DNA from: a virus | Lineage: Duplodnaviria > Caudoviricetes | Reading direction: 5' to 3' (one strand) | Length of the DNA stretch: 64,000 bases | IMG/VR virus record: IMGVR_UViG_3300032303_001195 | Span: 1 to 64,000 of that record | Shown here: in pieces, positions 55,309 through 64,000 of the stretch | Numbering within the stretch: the stretch's first letter is position 1 | Layout: each line of letters begins with the position of its first letter | The notes under the pieces: generated by a model | What the model saw: the letters and a program-made list of their open reading frames with translations, nothing else | Database searches by the model: none | Told to the model about the DNA's origin: nothing | Made by a program: the position numbers and the translations under genes

Positions 55309-55979
55309 TGTTTAGAGTTGAAACAAAATATGAACAATCTATGAAAGATATGAAAAATCTTATTGCATATTCTGAAGGATTTTTAGAAGGTGCTAAAAGA
55401 AACAAAACTGTTTTTCTAGATGGTTTGGGATTACAACTTAAAGAAACTTTAGGGCAGTATATTGACTCTATGGCAAGGGTAGATCCACAAAGTCTCCATC
55501 ATGTGTATGAATGGTATAAAACAGGTAGTTCTGATGCAAGACTATTTGACATAGATTATACAGTTTCTGGCGTTGGTCTTTCAATTTATGGAACTTTGAC
55601 TCAATCAAAAACAGTTGCAGAAGGATCTAAAGAACCTTTTTATAATAAAGCAAGAGTTATGGAGTCTGGAAGTTCTGTAACAATTAAACCAAAAACTGCT
55701 TCAAAGCTTAAGTTTAATATAGATGGAAGAGACATATATTCTTCTGGTCCAATTACTGTAACTAATCCTGGAGGAAACCAGGTTAGAGGATCTTTTCATA
55801 ATACATTTAAGCAGTTTATGGAATCATACCTATCTCAATCATTATTGGACATAAGTGGTTTTTCTAGAAATCTTGCAAATCCAATAGACTTTAAAGAAAA
55901 TATTTTATCTGGAATTCGTGGCGGTAGATCTGTAGGAATCAGAGTAGGCATGAATTGGATAGCAAAAGGAGTAGCATAA
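55308..55979 (+). CDS. Neck/tail-completion protein
   Basis: Position. Confidence 0.5.
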   Translation: MFRVETKYEQSMKDMKNLIAYSEGFLEGAKRNKTVFLDGLGLQLKETLGQYIDSMARVDPQSLHHVYEWYKTGSSDARLFDIDYTVSGVGLSIYGTLTQSKTVAEGSKEPFYNKARVMESGSSVTIKPKTASKLKFNIDGRDIYSSGPITVTNPGGNQVRGSFHNTFKQFMESYLSQSLLDISGFSRNLANPIDFKENILSGIRGGRSVGIRVGMNWIAKGVA

Positions 55980-56539
55980 TGACAAATCCAGTAGCAATAT
56001 CATATCCCCCAGTATTACTCAATGAGTACCTTGCTGAAAAAATTGTAGAAAGAATACCACACAGATTCGATAGCGATGTTTTAAGATTCTTTCCAACAAT
56101 GCCAACAGACATAACTGCTTTAACAGAAAACTTCCCAGAAGCAGCAAATGATGTTTTTGTAGTTTATGACAGAATGTTTCAGATGCGTAGAGGTCCATTC
56201 CCACACATTAAGTCAGAGCAACTATTATATTATTTTTATAAAATCAATAGCGATCCAGAAGCACTTTTTGAAACAACACAAATTGTAGCAGACCTACTTG
56301 ATCGTGGAGATGAATCAGCACAAGAAGTTAATGAATGGATAGAGTCAAAAGCAAATGGAGGACTTGTAATTTTTGGAACTGGATCATTAGCAAGAACATT
56401 CAAACCAGTATTCTTTCATGACATTAAAATATTTCAACTTCAAGAAACAAAAGACGTCATTGATTTTAATACTGTTAGAACTTTTACAGGAAATAAAGTC
56501 ATTATCGATTATCGTTATCATACTCAGGATTATTTATAA
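55979..56539 (+). CDS. Tail terminator-like protein
   Basis: Position before the major tail gene. Confidence 0.5.
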   Translation: MTNPVAISYPPVLLNEYLAEKIVERIPHRFDSDVLRFFPTMPTDITALTENFPEAANDVFVVYDRMFQMRRGPFPHIKSEQLLYYFYKINSDPEALFETTQIVADLLDRGDESAQEVNEWIESKANGGLVIFGTGSLARTFKPVFFHDIKIFQLQETKDVIDFNTVRTFTGNKVIIDYRYHTQDYL

Positions 56540-56602
56540 ATGAATGATAAACTTTAAATGAGGAAACGCCCCAAATTCTAAGAAAAATGAGGTGAAATAA
56601 AT

Positions 56603-57313
56603 ATGGCAAATTATTCAAGAGGAACAAGTGCAAACATCATCGTTGGTGCTGCCGCACTTTTCACTTACGAAAGTGGTCCAATTGGTCAAACTACATCTGG
56701 TGCAATTACCGATCTAGAGGCTGAAAAGGATCTTCCAAACGTTGTAGGAGCAGGTGGAGGAGAGTCTTACAAAGAGACGCTCTCTAAGCCAGCCTACAAA
56801 GGTGTCTTTAGAAACGTTGGTTACACATCAAACGGTCTTGAACTTCAGTTCCAGCCTGACTTCGGTGAAGTTAAGGTTGACCAGATCCTTGACGTAGCCA
56901 GACTCTACAAGCAGGGTATGAAGGTAAACATGAAGACTTCATTCGCTGAATCAACGCTTGAGAACCTTCTGTTTGCAGTCGCTGGTCAGGGTACTGACCT
57001 TAGCGTTCCAACAGGTGGCTCTTTTGCTGGAAACAACGTTCTCCGTATGTCAGCAGGTGACATTGGTGAATGTCCAGTTGAGCGTGGTCTTGTAGCTGTT
57101 GGTCCAGGTACAGGTAACTGTGCTGCAGGATCATCCATCGAGCGTATCTATATTGCATACCGTGCTCTCTCAATTGAGAGTGTTACAGTATCAGCAAAGC
57201 GTGAAGAGGCTACTATGTTTGAGGTTTCATTCCGACTCCTTCCAAACGACAATAGCTCCTATGGTAAGATTGTGGATCACACACTCACAACCACTGGCTC
57301 TTCAGCAGCGTAA
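56603..57313 (+). CDS. Major tail protein
   Basis: NIIVGAA, VGYTSNG, VDQ, AESTLENL. Strong RBS and followed by a terminator. Confidence 0.85.
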   Translation: MANYSRGTSANIIVGAAALFTYESGPIGQTTSGAITDLEAEKDLPNVVGAGGGESYKETLSKPAYKGVFRNVGYTSNGLELQFQPDFGEVKVDQILDVARLYKQGMKVNMKTSFAESTLENLLFAVAGQGTDLSVPTGGSFAGNNVLRMSAGDIGECPVERGLVAVGPGTGNCAAGSSIERIYIAYRALSIESVTVSAKREEATMFEVSFRLLPNDNSSYGKIVDHTLTTTGSSAA

Positions 57314-57333
57314 TCTAACTTAATAATGGGATT

Positions 57334-57363
57334 GCCCAGACTTCGGTCTGGGCTTTTCCTTTT
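57334..57363 (+). terminator. Intrinsic terminator (UUCG loop)
   Basis: GCCCAGAC-TTCG-GTCTGGGC plus T-tract. Confidence 0.85.
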
Positions 57364-57381
57364 GTTTGATACAATTAGTTA

Positions 57382-58065
57382 ATGGCAACAAAAATATATA
57401 AAAGCATGTCTGTTACGTTTTTAAATGGACAAGAACTATTCATGACTCCACTAAAGATAAAATATCTTAGAGACTTTATGGATGCCTTCGCAATAGTAAA
57501 GCAATCAAGAAATGATGAAGAAGCAATTGACTATCTTATTGATTGTGTAGTTATTGCAATGAAACAATATTGCCCAGAGATCGCTACAAAAGAATCTGTA
57601 GAAGATCTGTGTGACCTAGCTATGATTTATGCGGTCATTGAAGCAGCAGCAGATATTAAAATGAAAGAAGACTCTAAAGATAGCGTTGCAAACCAAGCTG
57701 AAAAAGGCGGAAGCTGGATGGACTTTGATTTAGCAAAACTTGAATCAGAATTGTTTTTATCTGGTATTTGGAAAAACTATGAAGAACTAGAATCTTCAGT
57801 TTCTTTACCAGAATTAATCATAACGCTAGAATCAAAGAGAGATCTTGACTATCAAGAAAAAAGATTTTTAGCAGCAATTCAGGGGGTAGATCTTGATTCT
57901 CAGTCTGGTAAAGAACCAGAACAAAATGCATGGGAAAAGCTCAAAGCAAAAGTATTTAGTAATAATGGCACAGAAGATCCAAATGACATTCTTGCTTTGC
58001 AAGGTGTAAATGCAGAACAAGCAGGATTTGGTATCGGTATGGGTATTGAATATACAAAGCTATAA
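57382..58065 (+). CDS. Tail assembly chaperone, long (GT-like) form
   Basis: Lies between the major tail and tape measure genes. N-half is paralogous to 58119..58430. Confidence 0.7.
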   Translation: MATKIYKSMSVTFLNGQELFMTPLKIKYLRDFMDAFAIVKQSRNDEEAIDYLIDCVVIAMKQYCPEIATKESVEDLCDLAMIYAVIEAAADIKMKEDSKDSVANQAEKGGSWMDFDLAKLESELFLSGIWKNYEELESSVSLPELIITLESKRDLDYQEKRFLAAIQGVDLDSQSGKEPEQNAWEKLKAKVFSNNGTEDPNDILALQGVNAEQAGFGIGMGIEYTKL

Positions 58066-58118
58066 AAACAAAAGACTGTCTATGTTATAATTAATAAGAC
58101 AATACAAGGAGGAAATTA

Positions 58119-58430
58119 ATGTCAACAAATATTAATGAAGAAGAAAAGGTCACTCTTATAGATGGAACTGACATCATGGTTAGACCACTAAAGATCTCGC
58201 TTCTTCGACCATTTATGAAAAAGTTTGAGCAATTGGCGGAGGTAGCAGAAGATAACGATAAGTCTATGGATGTTCTAATTGAGTGCGTTCAGATTGCTAT
58301 GAAGCAATACAATGAACAGCTTTCTCTAGACATTAAGGCTCTTGAGGACAACGTAGACCTTCCAACGGTTTACAAGATTGTGGAAGCAGCATCTGGCGTT
58401 AAGCTTGGTGAACTACCTGGTCTAAATTAA
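58119..58430 (+). CDS. Tail assembly chaperone, short (G-like) form
   Basis: Own TGTTATAAT promoter and AGGAGG RBS. Confidence 0.7.
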   Translation: MSTNINEEEKVTLIDGTDIMVRPLKISLLRPFMKKFEQLAEVAEDNDKSMDVLIECVQIAMKQYNEQLSLDIKALEDNVDLPTVYKIVEAASGVKLGELPGLN

Positions 58431-58450
58431 TATAAGGATGGTGTAAATGA

Positions 58451-61400
58451 ATGGCTGATGTAAATTCTAATATCAATATAAATATTGATAGCGGAAACTC
58501 TATAGCAGAGCTAAAGAGACTCCAATCAGAATTATCAGCTTTTTACACTAGCATGGCTAAAGGCGGTGCTGCTGCTGCCGCTTCTGCAAGTAATCTACAG
58601 AATAATTTAATTAATTCTGTTAATGCTAGTGGTCAGTTTACTGCTTCAATGAAGCGTATTTCTACCACTACTGAATCATTTACAACTGCCCTTGAAAAAA
58701 ATAAGCTCTCTATGGGGCAATATTTTAAATATTCAATGGGCAGTTTTCAGGCTTTTAGCAAGGTATTTTCAAGTGAGTTTTCAACCATTGAAAAAGTTGC
58801 TCGTGAAAGAGTAAAGACCCTACAAACTCAGTACATTCAGCTTGGTCGTGATGCTACTGGTGCAATGAAGGCAATTGCTATCAGACCACAGGTTCTAGAT
58901 ATGAATGATCTAGGAACTAAAACAGCAATGGCTGCACAAAAAATGCAGATTCTAAACCAGCTTGTTTCTCAAGGATCTACAAATCTTCTAAACTTTGGTA
59001 AAAATACTCAGTGGGCTGGTCGCCAGCTTATGGTTGGTTTTTCTATTCCACTTGGAATTGCAGGAGCTGCTGCTGCTAAAGAGTTTATGAAACTTGAAGA
59101 GCAGTCAATTAGATTTAAACGTGTATATGGTGATACATTTACACCAACATCTGAAGCAGATGCAATGGTTAATCAGATTAAAGATTTGGCTAATGCATAT
59201 ACTGCATATGGAATTTCTGTAGATAAGACAATGGGACTAGCAGCTGATGCTGCTGCTATGGGTAAGCAAGGTGCAGATCTTTTAGCTCAGGTCAATGAAG
59301 CATCGAGACTGTCTGTTCTTGGTGGGGTAGATCAACAAAAAGCACTTGAGACAACTACATCTCTTACTAATGCTTTTGGTATTGCAACAAAAGATCTTGC
59401 TAAAGAAATCAACTTCCTTAACGGAGTTGAAAACCAAACTGTTACATCTATTGATGATTTGACCACTGCTATTCCAACTGCTGCTCCAGTTATTCAACAA
59501 CTTGGTGGTAATGTTCAGGACCTTGCATTCTTTTTAACAGCTATGCGTGAAGGTGGCATCGATGCCTCTGAAGGTGCTAACGCACTTAAATCAGGTCTTG
59601 CTTCTATTATTAATCCAACAACTGAAGCAACTAATATGCTTGCAAGTTTTGGCATTAATTTGCAGGGCATTGTTGACAAAGATAAAGGTAATGTTAAAAA
59701 CCTAGTTATAGATTTAGCAAATGCTCTTAATCAACTTGACCCAACAAATAGAGCACAAGCTATTGAGCAAATGTTTGGAAAGTTCCAATTTGCTCGTATT
59801 TCAACTCTATTCCAGAACGTAACAAAAGAAGGATCTCAGGCAAGTCGTGTTCTTGACTTAACTGCAAGATCAACAACAGAGCTTGCTATTTTATCACAAC
59901 GAGAAATGCAGAAAATTTCTGATTCTCCAATGTATAAGTTCCAGGGTGCTGTTGAAAAATTCCAGGCATCTCTTGCTCCATTAGGAGAGGCATTTCTAAA
60001 AGCTGTAACTCCAATTGTTGAATTCGGTACAAAACTTCTTGAACAGTTTAACAAGTGGGATGAAGGCACAAAGAATATTGCAATTATTATTGCAGGAGCA
60101 ATTGGTGGAATTGCGCCAATTCTTCTTATGTCTTTTGGTCTTGTTGCTAACGGTGTAGCTAACCTTATTAAATTCTTCTCTGGTCTAACTAGAATTTTTA
60201 TGGGGGTAGGAAGAGATTCAAATATTCTGGGCAATCAACTAGGATACATGACACAACAACAACTAGAAGCTGCTGCAGTCGCTGCATCACTAGATCAATC
60301 ACACAATAATCTTATTCAAACATTTACCTCTGAAGCTGGAGCAGTACACAACTTAGCACTAGCATATGAAAGAGCAGCTGCTGCTGCGTCAAGAATTGCT
60401 ATTGGTGGAGTATCTAGAGGTGCTGCAGGTAAGAAGATGGCTACTGGTGGTATCATTAGTGGTCCTGGTGGTCCCAAGTCTGATTCAGTACCAGCTATGC
60501 TTTCAAATGGCGAAGCTGTTATTCCTGCTGAAGTAGTTAAAAAATATCCTGGACTTGTTAATGGTCTTATTGCTGGTAATGTTGGGCATCATGCAGATGG
60601 TAATATGCAGTTTGCACACATTGGTCCAGGAGTTAATGAAACAGCTAGTCAGGCACTAGCTCAAAGTGGTTCAAGAAATTATACAGGAAAAGCATTAAAA
60701 GCTATTGAAACACTTGTAAGATTAAAGGTAGAAGGAGAAGTTGTTAGGCTTCAACATGCTTGGGGTATGTCAATGTCTGGATCTGTAAATGCTAATCTTG
60801 CAAAACCAAAAGGTGCTGATATTACACAGGTAGGTTCACAATTTGCTGGTAAAAAAGAAGGCGTTGCTGGTAGATGGCAAGAAAGCTTAAAATTATCTGG
60901 ACAAGAGGCTAGTCAAAGATTATTACAAGAATTAAATAATTATGAAAAAGCAATGTCAGCAAAAATTAGAGATCTTAAAAATAGAGGTATTCAAAGAATT
61001 GTTGATACTGATAAACAATTAGAGCAAATTCCAAAAGAACAAAGAAAACTTTATGCATCATTAGAATCATTAGATAGACAGGTAATTCAAGAAATCGGTG
61101 CAGAAAATAAAAAACTTGTTGAAGCAAGAAAAAAGGGTCTTGGAACAATTAGAGATGTTCGTGTAGATGTTGCTTCAGGTTCCGCAGCAGACAAAAAAAT
61201 TCGAGCAGATAAAAATGCTAGTGCATTATTTATAAGAAGAAGGAGTAGTCAGTCTGATGGCACAAGAGCTGGAGTTAGTGTTCAATCAGGTTCTGCTGGT
61301 GGAATGGGTGCTATGCCAGCTCAAACAAGAACTGTTTCAGAAGTTACTGGTGGTAAAGAAAGTCAGACAAGGGCTAGAAAAATTTCTGAAGCAGATGCTC

Positions 61401-64000
61401 GTGCCTCTATGACACCAGCACAAAAACGTAAATATACAATGGCTGATGAAGCAGGAAAGAAAGCTTTACTAGCTGCACAACGTAAACAAATTCGTGCAGC
61501 TGAAGAAGAGGCTACTATTGCACAACGTCAAGCGGCAGCAGCAAAACGATCTGAGGCTGCTCGTAAGGGTGTTGAAACACGTAGACTTAATGCAGAAAGA
61601 AAAGCAGCCGAAGCTGCAGAAGCAGAAGCTAGAGGAAGGCAAAAGCCAAGTTTTGGTTCCAGAATAAGGGGTATGGGTCAACGTGGTGGCGGTATGGCTG
61701 GAATGGCTTTATCTGGAGCCATGATGATGGGATCTATGGCTGGTGGTCCTGCTGGAGATGCTATGGGTGCAATTGCTGGTCCTTTGATGGGTGTAGCGTC
61801 AATGATGTCTATGATACCTGGACCTGCAGGATTAGTAGTTGGTGCTCTTGCTGGTGTTGGGATGGCGGCACTTGCAGTAAATCAAGCTATGAATGATGCA
61901 AGAGATAAAGCACTTGCATTTGGTAATGCTATGGGTGCTGGTACGGCAAACATGGAAAAGCTTGCATCGTTTACTGGACAAGTTACAGATAGTCAGGTAA
62001 AAGCAAAAGAACGCTTAGATATTATGACACAAGGAAAAGCAGCAAACGGTGCTGCTGATAGTGTTGGTGGTCAATTCCTTGCTTCAGATACTGGTAAAGC
62101 ATTAACAGATTCAATTGCTGCAAGCATTAAAAATGTAGACATGGCAACAATTAAAGAACAGATTTATCAGCAAATGGCAACAGCAGTTACCACAGGAGCG
62201 ATGGATACTGCAACAGCTAAGAGCATTGTAGATGCATTAGGACAAAAACTTAAAGATCCTGCTTTTGCAGTAACAATTAATGCAAAACTAAGTGATCTTT
62301 TAGGTCCAAATGGTGAAAAATTAGAGGGTGACAAACTTAACGTTGTAGCAGAATTAAGTAAACAATCAGTGACAAGTGTTCAAGGGCAGATCTCTCAATT
62401 GACATCAACGCTTCCAGACGCAGGACTTAACTGGGCTAGAATTTCTGAAGTAGCAGGACTTACAGTTTCAACAGGAGTACAGGCAATTGAACAGCAAAAA
62501 CAACTTCTTGACTCTCTTGATGTTGAGTATGAAAAGAGAATGGCAAATGCAAAAGCTACTGGAGCAAGTGCTAGTGAACAACAAAAAATAACTGATGAAT
62601 ATAAAAAATCAAGAGATGAAAATATTAAAGCTCAAAATGAAACTTTAAACCCAGTAGCTGACCCATATGCAGCTGCTGTAGGAATTAATTTAAAAACAGG
62701 AAATCTTTTAAGAACTTCAAATAGCATTGCTGCTGGTGAAATGGGTAAGGCAATGGATACCCAAATTGAAAATAAGTATAAAGATGATGCAATTCAACTA
62801 GAACTTGCAAAACAGGCTAGAGATAAAATTGTTGGCAGTGAAGGAAACAATCCTGGTGCTATGACAAAACAAGAGCAAGCACAAGCTCAAGTAAGAGAAT
62901 ATAAACTTAAAGCGGTTCTTGCTGAAGGAGATATTCCTCCTCAAGCATTCTTAGATCTTCTTAAAGGCACAGAAGGAAATGAAGCAGCTGCATCAAAACA
63001 AAATCAATTTGTTGTAGATATTATTGGAAAAGTTGGTAATGCCGATGGTGCAATGATGGTTCAAATGGCTTCTGCAATGAATGAACCTCAAAAATTAGCA
63101 TTTGAAGCAACTTTGACTGGAGATCCAGAAAAGGTAAAGCAAATGACAGATATGTATCAAGAAATATACAAATCTGGAGGGCAAGAAGCAGTAAACTTAG
63201 TGGCAAATCTTGAAGTTAAGTCCCAGGGTCAAGGCGCTGATGCTCAACAAGCAACAACCAGACTTGCAAAATTGAAACAAGGGTTTAAGGATATTGCTGA
63301 ACTTACTGCAAATGGTCCAATAACAATGGAAACCCTTATTAAAACTAATGGAGATTTTGAGGGATTAAAGGATCAGGCAGAGTATTTTAATAGTTTACCA
63401 GCAGCACAACAAAAAGTATTTGTTGAAAGATATCTTACTGTATACGATACCGTTTCTCCTGCAGAAGCAACTGCTTGGATGCGAGATCAAACTGGTCAAA
63501 CTACAGGAACTATGCTTGCAAGAGATAATGCAGGAAGAGGACAAACCTTTACTCAGGAAGAAGCAATGCAAGCTTATGCTGCAAATTCAGCTAGAGAATT
63601 TACTAATGCAATTGGTGGTGCAAGTGGATTAAATGAAGACAATAATAACTCAGATGGTGGCGGAGGTGGAGGTGGAGGAACTCCAGCAAAAACTATTGAA
63701 GATGTGATCTCTGCACAGCAAAAACTTATAACTCAAACTAATGATCAAAAACAGGCAATTCAAAGTCTTGTTTCTTCTGGACTAAGCCTTGCAGATGCAT
63801 ATAAGGTTGCATCAAATGCTGAAGATGCAGCATTAATTGCTCATGGTGCTAATACAGAACAAATTCAAAGACTTACAGAAGCAACTAAAGAAGCTGAAAA
63901 AGCAACAAAGAGTTTTGCAGCAGCACAGAATCTTGCACAATCTGTACAAGAAAATATTGATAAAAAAGCACTTGCTCTAAAATTAGCAGCAGATAGCACA
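58451..64000 (+). CDS. Tape measure protein (3' truncated by the window)
   Basis: Frame starting MADVNSNI appears open to the end (about 1850 codons). Ala/Gly-rich helical sequence with QWAGRQLMVG and GPGGPKSDSVPAMLSNGE. Absent from the ORF track because it has no stop. Confidence 0.9.
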   Translation, partial: MADVNSNININIDSGNSIAELKRLQSELSAFYTSMAKGGAAAAASASNLQNNLINSVNASGQFTASMKRISTTTESFTTALEKNKLSMGQYFKYSMGSFQAFSKVFSSEFSTIEKVARERVKTLQTQYIQLGRDATGAMKAIAIRPQVLDMNDLGTKTAMAAQKMQILNQLVSQGSTNLLNFGKNTQWAGRQLMVGFSIPLGIAGAAAAKEFMKLEEQSIRFKRVYGDTFTPTSEADAMVNQIKDLANAYTAYGISVDKTMGLAADAAAMGKQGADLLAQVNEASRLSVLGGVDQQKALETTTSLTNAFGIATKDLAKEINFLNGVENQTVTSIDDLTTAIPTAAPVIQQLGGNVQDLAFFLTAMREGGIDASEGANALKSGLASIINPTTEATNMLASFGINLQGIVDKDKGNVKNLVIDLANALNQLDPTNRAQAIEQMFGKFQFARISTLFQNVTKEGSQASRVLDLTARSTTELAILSQREMQKISDSPMYKFQGAVEKFQASLAPLGEAFLKAVTPIVEFGTKLLEQFNKWDEGTKNIAIIIAGAIGGIAPILLMSFGLVANGVANLIKFFSGLTRIFMGVGRDSNILGNQLGYMTQQQLEAAAVAASLDQSHNNLIQTFTSEAGAVHNLALAYERAAAAASRIAIGGVSRGAAGKKMATGGIISGPGGPKSDSVPAMLSNGEAVIPAEVVKKYPGLVNGLIAGNVGHHADGNMQFAHIGPGVNETASQALAQSGSRNYTGKALKAIETLVRLKVEGEVVRLQHAWGMSMSGSVNANLAKPKGADITQVGSQFAGKKEGVAGRWQESLKLSGQEASQRLLQELNNYEKAMSAKIRDLKNRGIQRIVDTDKQLEQIPKEQRKLYASLESLDRQVIQEIGAENKKLVEARKKGLGTIRDVRVDVASGSAADKKIRADKNASALFIRRRSSQSDGTRAGVSVQSGSAGGMGAMPAQTRTVSEVTGGKESQTRARKISEADARASMTPAQKRKYTMADEAGKKALLAAQRKQIRAAEEEATIAQRQAAAAKRSEAARKGVETRRLNAERKAAEAAEAEARGRQKPSFGSRIRGMGQRGGGMAGMALSGAMMMGSMAGGPAGDAMGAIAGPLMGVASMMSMIPGPAGLVVGALAGVGMAALAVNQAMNDARDKALAFGNAMGAGTANMEKLASFTGQVTDSQVKAKERLDIMTQGKAANGAADSVGGQFLASDTGKALTDSIAASIKNVDMATIKEQIYQQMATAVTTGAMDTATAKSIVDALGQKLKDPAFAVTINAKLSDLLGPNGEKLEGDKLNVVAELSKQSVTSVQGQISQLTSTLPDAGLNWARISEVAGLTVSTGVQAIEQQKQLLDSLDVEYEKRMANAKATGASASEQQKITDEYKKSRDENIKAQNETLNPVADPYAAAVGINLKTGNLLRTSNSIAAGEMGKAMDTQIENKYKDDAIQLELAKQARDKIVGSEGNNPGAMTKQEQAQAQVREYKLKAVLAEGDIPPQAFLDLLKGTEGNEAAASKQNQFVVDIIGKVGNADGAMMVQMASAMNEPQKLAFEATLTGDPEKVKQMTDMYQEIYKSGGQEAVNLVANLEVKSQGQGADAQQATTRLAKLKQGFKDIAELTANGPITMETLIKTNGDFEGLKDQAEYFNSLPAAQQKVFVERYLTVYDTVSPAEATAWMRDQTGQTTGTMLARDNAGRGQTFTQEEAMQAYAANSAREFTNAIGGASGLNEDNNNSDGGGGGGGGTPAKTIEDVISAQQKLITQTNDQKQAIQSLVSSGLSLADAYKVASNAEDAALIAHGANTEQIQRLTEATKEAEKATKSFAAAQNLAQSVQENIDKKALALKLAADST

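Overview
A 64-kb segment of a large, apparently lytic tailed dsDNA phage with siphovirus-type structural genes. The host is most likely an actinobacterium: the window carries whiB, class Ib nrdEF/nrdH, thyX and many leaderless genes. No integrase or terminase is visible. Layout: (1) 1-103 is a stray reverse-strand fragment of bacterial folC joined to an N-terminally truncated nrdE, probably a chimeric contig end. (2) 104-19131 holds nucleotide metabolism, glycosyltransferases, Dps, a tmRNA (tag ADKSSYALAA), tRNAs and a D-arm-less tRNA-like element. (3) 19132-19860 is a non-coding, repeat-rich origin-like or injection-stop-like region with tandem DnaA boxes. (4) 19828-32940 is a ~13-kb minus-strand array of about 40 mostly tiny genes built as cassettes. 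It is delimited by 17 copies of a GGCGCC-centred palindrome, driven by about 26 copies of a TGTC-box promoter, and decorated with DnaA boxes, WhiA-like CGACACGCCG boxes, MtrA-like 11-bp-period repeats, a covarying RNA pseudoknot and repeated 5'UTR RNA motifs. (5) 34134-64000 holds a collagen-like fibre, lysis genes, portal, protease/scaffold, capsid, tail, duplicated tail chaperones and a tape measure gene that runs off the end. The cassette array and its host cell-cycle-regulator binding sites are the strongest candidate for an undescribed system. All motif counts were made by eye and no database searches were run.
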